Translations under genes and position numbers: made by a program
Part shown: piece after piece, positions 29,569 through 39,830 of the stretch
Layout: the number at the start of each line of letters is the position of its first letter
How positions within the stretch are numbered: the stretch's first letter is position 1
The notes under the pieces: generated by a model
What the model was told of the DNA's origin: nothing
The model's input: only the letters and a program-made list of their open reading frames with translations
Database searches by the model: none
Origin: Rhodospirillales bacterium
GTDB taxonomy: Bacteria; Pseudomonadota; Alphaproteobacteria; Rhodospirillales; UBA2165
Assembly: GCA_012960465.1 (NCBI GenBank)
Contig: DUBF01000148.1
Location: 8,982-72,981 of the forward strand
Reading direction: 5' to 3'
Length of the DNA: 64,000 nucleotides

Positions 29569-30198
29569 ATGAACTACTTGCGTGATCCTGATAAAATTTA
29601 CCGTGCTTCCTTTGAAGCAATTACCAGCGAAGTTGATTTATCTAAATTTCCTGAAGGTCTTCATAATATTGTTCTGCGTCTTGTTCATGCGATAGCAATA
29701 CCAGAAATTATTGATGATATTGTGTGGGATGGTGATGTAGTGGAAAATGCAAGTGTTAGTTTGGCAAATGCTAAGCCGATCATCGTTGACGCTAATATGG
29801 TATCAGCGGGTATTATAAAAGGTCGGTTACCCGAAGGTTCACAAGTTAAATGTTTTCTCAATGATGGCAGCGTACCTGACATCGCAAAGTCAATGGCTAC
29901 AACGCGCTCGGCTGCGGCGGTTGAGTTGTGGCGTCCATTCTTGGACGGTGCAATCGTGTCTATTGGTAACGCGCCGACAGCTCTATTTCATTTAATTGAT
30001 ATGCTTGATGATTCTACATGTCCAAGACCGGCAGTGATATTTGGGTTTCCGGTTGGTTTTGTTGGAGCTGCCGAATCTAAATCTTATTTAATAGAAAAAA
30101 ATTTAGGTATTCCCTACATTACACTTACAGGTAGAATTGGTGGTTCAGCGTTAGCTGCGGCAGCGGTCAATGCGATTCTACTTGGAGGTACTATATGA
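29569..30198 (+). CDS. cobH: Precorrin-8X methylmutase
   Basis: IY..SF..I, TTRSAAA, IGNAPTAL, PVGFVGAAESK and GGSALAAA motifs. Confidence 0.94.
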   Translation: MNYLRDPDKIYRASFEAITSEVDLSKFPEGLHNIVLRLVHAIAIPEIIDDIVWDGDVVENASVSLANAKPIIVDANMVSAGIIKGRLPEGSQVKCFLNDGSVPDIAKSMATTRSAAAVELWRPFLDGAIVSIGNAPTALFHLIDMLDDSTCPRPAVIFGFPVGFVGAAESKSYLIEKNLGIPYITLTGRIGGSALAAAAVNAILLGGTI

Positions 30199-31391
30199 CG
30201 GCTTGGCTTACTATTATTGGGATTGGTGAAGACGGACTTCCAGGGCTTGGAACCCTAGCAAGAGAGGTTATTGACGATGCAGAGTTCTTATTCGGTGGAG
30301 AACGTCATTTTGCACTCGTTGGTAAAAAGGGGTTGATTTGGAAATCGCCGCTAGAAGATAGTTTTGCCGAGCTCGATCAACTTCGGGGTAAAAAGGTAGT
30401 TGTAATTGCGACTGGTGATCCTATGTGGTTTGGCATTGGTGCCACTCTCGGCCGTCGTTACGGGCCAGATGCGATAAAAATTATCCCCTCTTCTTCGGCT
30501 TTTTCGCTCGTCGCCGCTCGATTGACTTGGTCACTGAACGAAATCGACTGCATAACGGTACATGGCCGGGACCTTGATCGAGTGAAGGCTTTTTTGATGC
30601 CGGGGAATAAACTTATTGTTTTGACTAATGACGGCAACACCCCTGGTCAGATTGCAGGGCTTTTAAAAGATACTGGTTTTGGTGGAAGCTTGCTTATAGT
30701 TTTTTCTCAAATGGGAGGAACTGAAGAACGACGTTTTGAAGGTACGGCAATCGATTGGGATCACGATGCAATACCTGATCTGAATACTGTTGCAATCGAG
30801 TGTTTAGCGGATGAGGGACTAATACTTAAAGCCCGTATTCCAGGTCTGCCCGACGATGTTTTTGAGCATGATGGTCAATTGACTAAGCGTGAAGTTCGGG
30901 CAATCACGGTCTCATCTTTAGCTCCCATGCCAGGGCAGATGCTGTGGGATATTGGTGCAGGTTGCGGATCTATTGGTATTGAATGGTTGCGTGGAACTCT
31001 AAATGCAAGAGCGATTGCAATTGAGCATAATATGGACCGGCTTGGGATGATTAACAGAAATGCTTTGGCTTTGGGCGTTCCCGAATTAAAAGTAATATTT
31101 GGGGAAGCCTTGACTGAAATTATTGGCTTACCTTCTCCGGATGCCGTTTTTATAGGTGGGGGCCTCACAACGGATGGTTTGCTAGAATACTGCTGGCAAA
31201 ATCTAAGGCCTGGTGGGCGCTTAGTTGCAAATGCAGTAACGTTTGAAAGTGAGAGACGTTTGTTTGAAGCCCGTGAGAAGTTAGGTGGTGATTTAAATAA
31301 AATAGAAATCTCGCGAGCTCAAGCTATGGGAGATTATACTAGTTGGCATGGTCTCATGCCTGTAACACAATTAAAAATAATCAAAACATGA
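30195..31391 (+). CDS. cobL: Precorrin-6Y C5,15-methyltransferase (CbiE-CbiT fusion)
   Basis: IIGIGEDG, GDPMWFGIG, GLPDDVFEHDGQLTKREVR and WDIGAGCGS motifs. Confidence 0.94.
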   Translation: MTAWLTIIGIGEDGLPGLGTLAREVIDDAEFLFGGERHFALVGKKGLIWKSPLEDSFAELDQLRGKKVVVIATGDPMWFGIGATLGRRYGPDAIKIIPSSSAFSLVAARLTWSLNEIDCITVHGRDLDRVKAFLMPGNKLIVLTNDGNTPGQIAGLLKDTGFGGSLLIVFSQMGGTEERRFEGTAIDWDHDAIPDLNTVAIECLADEGLILKARIPGLPDDVFEHDGQLTKREVRAITVSSLAPMPGQMLWDIGAGCGSIGIEWLRGTLNARAIAIEHNMDRLGMINRNALALGVPELKVIFGEALTEIIGLPSPDAVFIGGGLTTDGLLEYCWQNLRPGGRLVANAVTFESERRLFEAREKLGGDLNKIEISRAQAMGDYTSWHGLMPVTQLKIIKT

Positions 31392-32101
31392 ATAATAAAG
31401 TAAAAATTTGGGGACTTGGTATCGGACCTGGGGATCCAGATTTAATTACCGTGAAAGCCCTGAAAATTCTCCAAGAAGTGGATGTGATTGCCTATCCAAC
31501 CTTGGATGGAGGTGAGAGTTTAGCACGTTCGATTGCCAAGCCGCATCTGACCTCAAATCAGGAAGAAATTATAATTTCAATCCCAATGCTTAGTGATCGA
31601 TATCCAGCCCAAGGTGTTTATGATTCTGCCGCTATAAAAATTAGTGCGGCGGTTCACGCTGGTAAATCGGTCGCAATTTTATGTGAAGGAGATCCGTTTT
31701 TCTATGGATCGTTTATGTATCTGTTTGTCCGACTTTCAGAAAACCATTTAGTTAGAGTGGTGCCGGGCGTGACATCATTGGCAGCCTGCTCATCTGCATT
31801 AGCTTTGCCGCTTGCCGCACGTAATGACGTTATTTCTGTAATACCGGGACCTTTGGATGAAAAGGATTTAGAAGAGCGATTGCTGACAACTAATGTCGCA
31901 GCCATTATTAAGGTTGGTCGTCATTTGGGGAAAATAAAACGTATATTGAGGAAAATTGGTGTCATTGATAATGCCCATTATATTGAACGTGCGACTATGG
32001 ACAATCAGCATATTAGACTTTTGAGCGAGATGGATGGTGACACTGCTCCTTATTTTTCAATGATCATTGTACGGTTGAGTGGAGATATATTAGAATTATG
32101 A
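31388..32101 (+). CDS. cobI: Precorrin-2 C20-methyltransferase
   Basis: GIGPGDPDLITVKA, CEGDPFFYGS, VPGVTS and PYFS motifs; ATG 31388. Confidence 0.94.
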   Translation: MNNKVKIWGLGIGPGDPDLITVKALKILQEVDVIAYPTLDGGESLARSIAKPHLTSNQEEIIISIPMLSDRYPAQGVYDSAAIKISAAVHAGKSVAILCEGDPFFYGSFMYLFVRLSENHLVRVVPGVTSLAACSSALALPLAARNDVISVIPGPLDEKDLEERLLTTNVAAIIKVGRHLGKIKRILRKIGVIDNAHYIERATMDNQHIRLLSEMDGDTAPYFSMIIVRLSGDILEL

Positions 32102-33936
32102 AGGTGAAGTCCCCCGCTTTCGTCGTCTTAAACAAAACGGGTGCCAAATTAGCCCGTAAATTAGTTCCTCATGTGTATGGCGCAGAGGTCCACGGGCTTA
32201 AAGCGCGGGTCCCCGAAGTTGATTTCCCATTTGAGAAGACTGTTGATCATCTGCGTATGCTATTTATCGAAGATCGGGCCATCATTGCCTTATTATCGGC
32301 AGGTATCGTCATTCGAGCATTGGGACCGTTACTGGCGGATAAAACTCATGAACCACCGGTGTTGGTAATATCTGAGGATGGAAAATCTGTTGTACCATTG
32401 TTGGGTGGGCATTTTGGCGCAAATGATCTTACTAGTATAATTTCTAAAGTTTTAAAAGTTAAGCCGAGCATTACAACCGCTGGTGATACGCGGTATGGAA
32501 TAGCGCTTGATAATCCTCCGATAGGTTGGCGAGTCGCTAACCGCGATGCTGCTAAACCGATCATGGCGGCTTTATTAAATAATGAACCTGTATTTATTAA
32601 AAACGAAACATTGAATGGCGTTGACGTGGCTTGGCTTTCAGAATTTGATTTCTCGGTATCTGAGAGCCCCCCGCAAAAAGTTCGAGTTACCTATTTCGAT
32701 TTTCCTGAAAAAACTAAGGATTTGATACTTTCGCCAGGCGTGCTTACGCTGGGAATTGGCTGCGAGAGGGGTGTTGATTCAAATGAACTTTTAACTTTTC
32801 TGTCTTTAGTTTTTAAAAAACACAATCTTGGTAAACATGCGATTGCATGTATTGCTACCATCGATATCAAAGAAGATGAAGGAGCTATTCGTAATGTCGC
32901 AAATTTGTGGGAGGTGCCGCTACGTTTGTTTGAAGCAGCAGTTCTGGAAAAAGAAACACCTCGTCTGACGGATCCATCTGATTATGTTTTTTCTACCGTT
33001 GGCAGCCATAGCGTAAGTGAGGCTTCAGCTCTGGCTGCCGCAGGACCCGATGCGGAGCTGATCGTTCCCAAACAAAAACACGGAGGTATAACCTGCGCTG
33101 TAGCCTTGTCATCACGTATTATTAAGCCTGAAAAAGTCGGAAGAGGGTGTGGACGTTTGGCTGTGATTGGAATTGGCCCTGGCTCTAATGATTGGCGGGC
33201 CCCAGAAGCAACGAACGAAATTTCCAGGGCAACTGAGATTATTGGCTATAAGCTTTATTTGGATTTATTAGGCCCTCTCATCGAAGGTAAAAATCGCTAT
33301 GATTATCCTCTAGGTGAAGAGCGCGATCGAGTTGCAGAAGCACTTAGAATGGCGGCTGAGGGTAAGGAAGTCGCGCTTGTTTCCAGCGGTGATGCGGGGA
33401 TTTATGCTATGGCGTGTTTGGTGTTTGAATTGATAGAACACGGTATTATGGGAAATGTTAAACCGGAATGGCAACGAATTGATGTCCATGTTGTTCCAGG
33501 TATCTCGGCTTTGCAGGCGGCCGCGGCTAAGATTGGTGCCCCATTAGGTCATGATTTTTGTACTATTTCTCTTTCTGATCTGTTGACCCCTTGGGAAGTA
33601 ATTGAAAAGCGTTTGGAGGCTGCTGCTAAAGGTGACTTTATCATAGCGCTTTACAACCCAGTTTCAATCAAACGGCGAAAGCAATTAGGTTTTGCCCGCG
33701 ATATTTTATTAAACTACCGTTCAGCAGGGACACCAGTTGTTTTAGCAAAGAATCTTGGTCGTGAAGAGGAACAGGTTGATGTAATTACCTTAAATGAACT
33801 AAATGCTGAAAAGGTCGACATGCTGACGGTTTTACTGGTTGGCAGTTCCCAAACGCGACTGCTGACGCTCAATAATGATAAATCGTATGTATATACGCCA
33901 CGTGGTTATGGTGATAAAAAGGAAAATTTTAAATGA
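32098..33936 (+). CDS. cobJ: CbiG (N-terminal) fused to precorrin-3B C17-methyltransferase CobJ/CbiH
   Basis: CbiG motifs DK..EPPV, PLLGGH.GAN, ITTA, GIGCERG and VSEASAL, followed by GIGPG, SSGDAGIY, ISLSDLLTPW and TPRGY. Confidence 0.92.
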   Translation: MKVKSPAFVVLNKTGAKLARKLVPHVYGAEVHGLKARVPEVDFPFEKTVDHLRMLFIEDRAIIALLSAGIVIRALGPLLADKTHEPPVLVISEDGKSVVPLLGGHFGANDLTSIISKVLKVKPSITTAGDTRYGIALDNPPIGWRVANRDAAKPIMAALLNNEPVFIKNETLNGVDVAWLSEFDFSVSESPPQKVRVTYFDFPEKTKDLILSPGVLTLGIGCERGVDSNELLTFLSLVFKKHNLGKHAIACIATIDIKEDEGAIRNVANLWEVPLRLFEAAVLEKETPRLTDPSDYVFSTVGSHSVSEASALAAAGPDAELIVPKQKHGGITCAVALSSRIIKPEKVGRGCGRLAVIGIGPGSNDWRAPEATNEISRATEIIGYKLYLDLLGPLIEGKNRYDYPLGEERDRVAEALRMAAEGKEVALVSSGDAGIYAMACLVFELIEHGIMGNVKPEWQRIDVHVVPGISALQAAAAKIGAPLGHDFCTISLSDLLTPWEVIEKRLEAAAKGDFIIALYNPVSIKRRKQLGFARDILLNYRSAGTPVVLAKNLGREEEQVDVITLNELNAEKVDMLTVLLVGSSQTRLLTLNNDKSYVYTPRGYGDKKENFK

Positions 33937-34688
33937 CGGTTCACTTCATTGGCGCTGGCCCAGGTGCCCCTGACCTCATTACGGTACGTGGTCTTAATTA
34001 CATAAAGGCCAGCCAGGTGTGCCTTTATGCCGGCTCCCTTGTACCTGAAGAAGTAGTGGCAGAGGCCCCGAATGATGCAGAAGTAATTGATACGGCGCCA
34101 TTGCACCTTGATCAGATCATTGAGAAAATCAACGAAGCAGACCAGGATGGATTGGATGTGGCGCGAGTGCATTCAGGTGATCCATCTATATATGGTGCAA
34201 TAGCTGAACAAATGCGCCGGCTTGATGCCCTTGACATTAATTATGATGTTACGCCTGGTGTTCCTGCCTTTGCTGCAGCGGCAGCCGTGTTGAATCAAGA
34301 ACTTACGCTTCCCGAAGTCTCCCAAACAGTCATAGTTACCAGGACTGCAGGCAAGGCATCTAACATGCCAAAGGGTGAAGAGTTGGCTTCTTTGGCGACT
34401 TCAAAGGCAACCCTCGCAATACATCTTTCTATACGAAATTTAAAGAAAATTATTGAAGACCTCGTCCCTTATTATGGAGAAAACTGCCCTGTCTATATTG
34501 TATATAGGGTCACATGGCCGGACCAAAAAATAATCTCTGGTACACTCTCCGATATACGGGCAAAAGTCCGTGCGGCGAAAATTACAAGGACAGCACTGAT
34601 TATGGTAGGTAGGGTCTTTAGCACTACTGATTTCATCGATAGTCGTTTATATTCAAAAGATCACAAACATGTGTTGCGCCCTCGTTAA
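33933..34688 (+). CDS. cobM: Precorrin-4 C11-methyltransferase
   Basis: VHFIGAGPGAPDLITVRG, YAGSLV, RVHSGDPSIY and S.LY...H motifs. Confidence 0.95.
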   Translation: MTVHFIGAGPGAPDLITVRGLNYIKASQVCLYAGSLVPEEVVAEAPNDAEVIDTAPLHLDQIIEKINEADQDGLDVARVHSGDPSIYGAIAEQMRRLDALDINYDVTPGVPAFAAAAAVLNQELTLPEVSQTVIVTRTAGKASNMPKGEELASLATSKATLAIHLSIRNLKKIIEDLVPYYGENCPVYIVYRVTWPDQKIISGTLSDIRAKVRAAKITRTALIMVGRVFSTTDFIDSRLYSKDHKHVLRPR

Positions 34689-34742
34689 CCATCGTTTCAA
34701 TTGATATTTTCTACTAGGTGAAATTTGGGTAAATATGAAGAG

Positions 34743-35477
34743 TTAAGTTTGGTTACTCAGCCAGTCTAGAGATTTTTCAATCGTAAAAACTAATTTCCCT
34801 GCTGGCGGCATTGGTTTTTCGATTACCACAATTGGTATACCAAGTTTATGAGCAGCATTGAGTTTGGCTGCAGGTGGGCCTCCACTATTTTTACTTACAA
34901 GAACATCAATACGGAAATTAGTTAGTAAGGTACGTTCTTGGATCTCGTCGAATGGACCACGTTCGAAGACAATATTGTGGTTTTTAAGTGGAATTGGGTG
35001 AATTGGTTTCTCGATGGCTCGAATTAGAAACCACTTATTTGATAGAATAGAAAAGGCCTCTAAATTATTTGCTCCGATTGAAAGAAAAATGCGCTCACCC
35101 ATTGTGCGAATCTTTCTTACAGTCTCTGAATAAGTAAGGGCAGAAATCCATGTTATTTCATTTGGTTCCCACGGTGGCCGACAAAATTTAATTCGGGGGA
35201 TGTTAATTCTGTTACATGCTTCCGCAGCATTTGCAGCTATCTTATCAGCAAAAGGATGAGTTGCATCTATTACAAAATTGATTCTTGCGGCCCGGAGATA
35301 ATTAACCAAACCATCTACTCCCCCAAAACCACCGGTTCGGATTTCGCATAGAGGGATATTGGGACTATGGGTTCGGCCTGCTAACGAATAAATAGTCGCA
35401 AGATTCAGCATCTCATTAGTCATTGCTGCGAGTTTATTGGCATCACTTGTGCCTCCTAATATTAAAAGGCGTTTCAT
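34743..35477 (-). CDS. cobK: (Cobalt-)precorrin-6A reductase
   Basis: LILGGT, GGFGG, IDATHPFA, RGPF and KNSGG motifs. Confidence 0.93.
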   Translation of the reverse strand: MKRLLILGGTSDANKLAAMTNEMLNLATIYSLAGRTHSPNIPLCEIRTGGFGGVDGLVNYLRAARINFVIDATHPFADKIAANAAEACNRINIPRIKFCRPPWEPNEITWISALTYSETVRKIRTMGERIFLSIGANNLEAFSILSNKWFLIRAIEKPIHPIPLKNHNIVFERGPFDEIQERTLLTNFRIDVLVSKNSGGPPAAKLNAAHKLGIPIVVIEKPMPPAGKLVFTIEKSLDWLSNQT

Positions 35478-35480
35478 CTA

Positions 35481-36587
35481 TTAACCTTTTTTAAAAGGAG
35501 CGTGGCCAATCTGGTTGCCCTTTCTATCATAGACTAGAACCTCAATATCAACATCTTTTTTGACCTCTTGATTCACAATGGCTTGAGCGGTTTTAGCCAC
35601 GTAATCACCAAGCTTAAGACTATTCTTTTCTATTATCTCTATTATGTTTCCTGCGCTTTCCACTTTGGCAATTTGCGTGCAAATATTTTTGTTAATCCCA
35701 CCTCTAGCGGCGAGTGAGGCTATAAAATTTGGATCTACTTGAGAACGTTTTGAATGTAAGTCCATATGACCGGCCGCGAGTTTGGAAATTTTGCCAAACC
35801 CACTTGCGATTGTAACTTTTGGAATCGGATAGGTTCGAAGATATTTAATTGTGCCGCCAACAAAATCTCCCATATCTAAGATTGATGACGGTTCAAAACC
35901 GTATAAAGCAGTTACGGCTTCCTCGGAAGTTTTTCCTGTGCAAGCTGCCACATGTGTGATCCCTGTTGCGCGCGCCACATCAATACCTTGATGAATTGAG
36001 GCTATCCATGCAGCGCAAGAATATGGGATAACTATGCCGGTTGTCCCGAGTATCGATAAACCACCAACAATACCGAGACGCGGGTTCCAGGTTTTCTTTG
36101 CTAGTGCCGCACCATTATCAATTGAGATCTCTATCTCTATATTCAGATCAACACCGTGTTCATTTGCAATCGCTTGTAAATTTTGTTCTATCATTTTACG
36201 AGGTCCAGGATTAATTGCTGGTTCCCCAACCTCAATTGGCAAACCAGGTTTTGTAACTTTCCCAACACCGTGTCCAGCTTTAAAGGTTAATTTCTCTGAC
36301 CTGCGAATTGTCACCCGAACGATTGAGCCATGAGTAACGTCAGGATCATCTCCTGCATCTTTTTCAATGGCAGCCATAATATCTACTTTGGAAATACACG
36401 TGTCTTTGACGAAAAAACTAGGCGTTTGCCCTCCTGGAAGCGTTATCTGAACCTCGCTTGGTATCTGGCCAGTTAATAGACCAATGTAACTGGCTTTTGC
36501 TGCGGCAGTTGCGCAAGCGCCCGTTGTCCAACCTCGACGCAGTTCCCGCGTATCCTTCTCGGTTTCTGTAGAATTATTATTTTTCAT
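35481..36587 (-). CDS. cbiD: Cobalt-precorrin-5B C1-methyltransferase
   Basis: LRRGWTTGACATAA, KDAGDDPDVTHG, NPRLGIVGGLSILGTTGIV and GKISKLA motifs. Confidence 0.95.
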   Translation of the reverse strand: MKNNNSTETEKDTRELRRGWTTGACATAAAKASYIGLLTGQIPSEVQITLPGGQTPSFFVKDTCISKVDIMAAIEKDAGDDPDVTHGSIVRVTIRRSEKLTFKAGHGVGKVTKPGLPIEVGEPAINPGPRKMIEQNLQAIANEHGVDLNIEIEISIDNGAALAKKTWNPRLGIVGGLSILGTTGIVIPYSCAAWIASIHQGIDVARATGITHVAACTGKTSEEAVTALYGFEPSSILDMGDFVGGTIKYLRTYPIPKVTIASGFGKISKLAAGHMDLHSKRSQVDPNFIASLAARGGINKNICTQIAKVESAGNIIEIIEKNSLKLGDYVAKTAQAIVNQEVKKDVDIEVLVYDRKGNQIGHAPFKKG

Positions 36588-36641
36588 TAAATTAACTTAT
36601 AGCCTTTTTCAATCGGGCTCCAGTCTGCTAAATTCAAAGTT

Positions 36642-37424
36642 ATGGAAAATATACCAATAAAAATGCCTAACTTCGAACCGGGAACCGTTTGGGTCGTTGG
36701 TGCGGGGCCAGGAGATCCTGGATTACTCTCACTTTTGGCATTACACGGGATCCAGAATGCGGATGTTATTGTTTACGATGCGCTTGTTGGGGAAGATATT
36801 ATACGATTTGCACGGGAAAATGCTGTGCTCGAATATGCTGGAAAGCGCGGTGGGAAGCCGTCTCCTAATCAGAAAGATATAACTGATCGTCTGGTCGTGC
36901 TCGCCCGTGATAAAAAACGTGTATTAAGGCTAAAAGGTGGTGATCCATTTGTCTTTGGTCGAGGCGCTGAAGAGTGTTTGCGTTTAGCAAAAGAAAACAT
37001 CTCCTTTCGAATAGTGCCGGGTATCACTGCGGGTATCGGCGGGCTTGCCTATGCCGGTATTCCAATGACAACGCGAGGGACCAATTCAGCGGTGACCTTT
37101 ATTACCGGGCATAATGCCAGCGGGGAGGTGCCGGATGATATTAATTGGAAAGCTTTGGCTGATGGTGCGCCTGCCCTGATTTTTTTTATGGGAATGGCCC
37201 ATATTGGTCGAATTGCTGATCAATTAAAAGAAGCAGGGCGTTCGGCGACAGAACCTGTGGCAATCATTTGCAAAGCGACAATGCCTAAACAACAAGTTCT
37301 AATTTCTACTTTGCAAAATTGCGCTGCTGATGTAGCAGCCTCTGATTTAATTCCGCCGGCTCTAATTGTCGTTGGAGATATAGTTAATTTTCGTGAACAA
37401 TTAGACTGGCTTACCAGTGGGTAA
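36642..37424 (+). CDS. cobA: Uroporphyrinogen-III C-methyltransferase
   Basis: VGAGPGDPGLL, YDALV, RLKGGDPFVFGRGAEE and VPGITA motifs. Confidence 0.95.
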   Translation: MENIPIKMPNFEPGTVWVVGAGPGDPGLLSLLALHGIQNADVIVYDALVGEDIIRFARENAVLEYAGKRGGKPSPNQKDITDRLVVLARDKKRVLRLKGGDPFVFGRGAEECLRLAKENISFRIVPGITAGIGGLAYAGIPMTTRGTNSAVTFITGHNASGEVPDDINWKALADGAPALIFFMGMAHIGRIADQLKEAGRSATEPVAIICKATMPKQQVLISTLQNCAADVAASDLIPPALIVVGDIVNFREQLDWLTSG

Positions 37425-38748
37425 ACAAATGGCTTCTGGACTTGTCATAGCAGCCCCAGCTTCGGGTAGTGGAAAAACTGTTATTACCCTGAGCTTGCTG
37501 CGTGCGATGAGAAATGCAGGTATTACAGTAAGCTCGATTAAAATCGGTCCGGATTATATTGACCCTGCCTATCATTCTGCCGCTTCTGGCGAATTGTGTC
37601 AAAACCTTGATTTATGGGGAATGCGTAACGAAACCCTTATACACCAACGTGCCTCCGCAGTGGGAGAAAGTGATGTGGTTATTGTGGAGGGTGTTATGGG
37701 GTTGTTTGATGGTGCGGTGACGGGGAAATCGATAAATTCAGGAAGTACCGCAGATGCCGCTAAATGGCTCGATTGGCCCATTATCTTGGTTGTTGATGCC
37801 AAGGGGCAAGGCGCATCGGTTACTGCTTTAGTTGAAGGTTTTGTCAATCACCGAGATGATATTAAAATTGCTGGTGTTATTTTTAACCGGATCGGTAGCG
37901 AAAACCATGAACGTATATTAAGAGAAGCACTATCAAATACTAACGTACCTTGTTTAGGCTGTATTCCGAGGCATGACAGGCTAAATCTTCCGCATCGGCA
38001 TTTAGGTCTAATCCAGGCACGTGAAATGCGACACCTCAACATGTGGCTTGATGGGGCCGCAAATTTGATCACCAGTAGCGTTGATCTTGATTTGTTATGT
38101 AAACTTTCTACGCGGTCAAAAATTATGCCAACGCCTAAACATTCTATGACAATCCCAATGCTCGGGAAGCACACTTCTGTTGCCCGTGACAATGCATTTT
38201 CTTTTTGTTACGACTATGTGGTGGGTGCTTGGCAGGCCGGCGGAGTTAAGGTAACTTTTTTTTCCCCGCTGGCTGGGGAGGCGCCACATCCGCACGCGGA
38301 CAGTATTTATTTGCCTGGCGGATATCCGGAACTTTATGCTGCTGAAATTTCTGAAAATCAAAAATTTAAAGAAACGATGAAGATCGCCGCAATCAATGGC
38401 TCGGTGATTTACGGCGAATGTGGAGGTTTTATGGTATTGGGCGGGTCGTTAATAGACCGAGATGGTATATCGCACGAAATGCTAGACCTTCTGCCTATTA
38501 AAACATCATTCGCCAAACCCAAATTGCATTTGGGCTATCGTCAATTATCACTTATCGATAAGGGCATCCTGGGCGACGCTGGTGCTACGTTTAAAGGTCA
38601 TGAATTTCATTATTGTAATATAGTTGAGGATAGCAAAGCCGAAAGTTTATTTTATGGCTACGATGCACGAGGCGAGAAATTGCCGGCGATGGGCTCAAAG
38701 CGTGGTTCGGTAATGGGTTCATTTTCTCACATTATTGATAGTGTTTAG
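37417..38748 (+). CDS. cobB: (Hydrogeno)cobyrinic acid a,c-diamide synthase
   Basis: SGSGKT, KIGPDYID, EGVMGLFDG, RHLGL, LPGGYPE, ECGG and HEFH motifs; start at GTG 37417 or ATG 37429. Confidence 0.95.
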   Translation: MGKQMASGLVIAAPASGSGKTVITLSLLRAMRNAGITVSSIKIGPDYIDPAYHSAASGELCQNLDLWGMRNETLIHQRASAVGESDVVIVEGVMGLFDGAVTGKSINSGSTADAAKWLDWPIILVVDAKGQGASVTALVEGFVNHRDDIKIAGVIFNRIGSENHERILREALSNTNVPCLGCIPRHDRLNLPHRHLGLIQAREMRHLNMWLDGAANLITSSVDLDLLCKLSTRSKIMPTPKHSMTIPMLGKHTSVARDNAFSFCYDYVVGAWQAGGVKVTFFSPLAGEAPHPHADSIYLPGGYPELYAAEISENQKFKETMKIAAINGSVIYGECGGFMVLGGSLIDRDGISHEMLDLLPIKTSFAKPKLHLGYRQLSLIDKGILGDAGATFKGHEFHYCNIVEDSKAESLFYGYDARGEKLPAMGSKRGSVMGSFSHIIDSV

Positions 38749-39747
38749 TGTTGAATTTAAAACAAATTCGAATTTCTGCCACTCAATTTCTACTCCGGGC
38801 AAGCCCATTCTTAACCACTTTGGGTGATCTTCAAATCGCCTAACCAAGATACCTGCGTTAGCAAGGGCATTATAGAGTTCAAAGGCGTGATCGGTTGTAA
38901 TTAGTGTAAACAAATCAGTTCCACCGATAATAGAAAGTTTTTCTTTGTCCAATATGCGATTTAGACGAGAGCTTTTAGAGTTTAATGTCTCTTGCATTTC
39001 TGAAAACCACGAACTGTCCAATAAAGCTCGGGTACCAATTTCAATTGCAGGTCTTGATACGGCCCATGGACCAAGCCGTGCTGCGAGTTGCCGGGTAATT
39101 ACCGGCATGCCAAGTGCAAATCCCAGGCGTAATCCAGCTAGCCCAAAGAATTTCCCGAGTGAGCGCAGGACAAGAATCTTGTGTTCAGCTAAATGAGGAA
39201 TAATACTTAAATCTGGTGAGTTATCACAAAATGCTTCGTCAACAACTAATAACTCCAAGTTTTCTGAAAGTTTTAAAAGATCTTCTACTTGATGCTTTCG
39301 ACCATCAGGATTATTTGGGTTTACTACGACCGCAATAACGTCGTGGGGAATAGCGCTTAGTGTGTTAACGGGCACAACTTTATTTCCAGCTTGCTCCCAC
39401 GTATACTGGTGTTCACTGTATGTGGGTGTTAAAATGACGATTTTTCGACTTGGAAAGAGAAGGGGGAGGTTTTGCAGTATTGATTGAGTACCAGGTCCAG
39501 CAATTATCTCGCTATCCTTGTTAACCCGATAAAATCTTCTGGCTCCGTTTAAGAGGCGCTCCATGTCACTCATTTTTGGCAGAGTTCGGAATATCTGCGC
39601 ATTTAAATGGGTATTTGGATAGCTTGCACTATTAATCCCTGTTGAAAGGTCAATCCACTGATCCTCCGGCAAACCAAACTCTTTCGTTGCCGCAGTAAGG
39701 TCACCCCCATGTATGGGTTTAGTTAAATTGTTTACCGGCTCTGACAT
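38719..39747 (-). CDS. cobD: L-threonine-O-3-phosphate decarboxylase (PLP-dependent; CobD, called CobC in P. denitrificans)
   Basis: HGGDL, DLSTGIN, NPNNPDG, DEAF and RSLGKFFGLAGLRLG motifs. Confidence 0.92.
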   Translation of the reverse strand: MSEPVNNLTKPIHGGDLTAATKEFGLPEDQWIDLSTGINSASYPNTHLNAQIFRTLPKMSDMERLLNGARRFYRVNKDSEIIAGPGTQSILQNLPLLFPSRKIVILTPTYSEHQYTWEQAGNKVVPVNTLSAIPHDVIAVVVNPNNPDGRKHQVEDLLKLSENLELLVVDEAFCDNSPDLSIIPHLAEHKILVLRSLGKFFGLAGLRLGFALGMPVITRQLAARLGPWAVSRPAIEIGTRALLDSSWFSEMQETLNSKSSRLNRILDKEKLSIIGGTDLFTLITTDHAFELYNALANAGILVRRFEDHPKWLRMGLPGVEIEWQKFEFVLNSTLNTINNVRK

Positions 39748-39830
39748 ACTCGGTTTATAACAAGTCTGGTCCCGAACGGATAGCAGACTTTTTTTTTGAT
39801 TTGTGTTATTCTTTAGCTCAAGGAAATAAA

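Noticed and set aside
38719-38748. 30-bp convergent overlap between cobB and cobD
   Set aside because: Short 3' overlaps are common in compact genomes; no further signal
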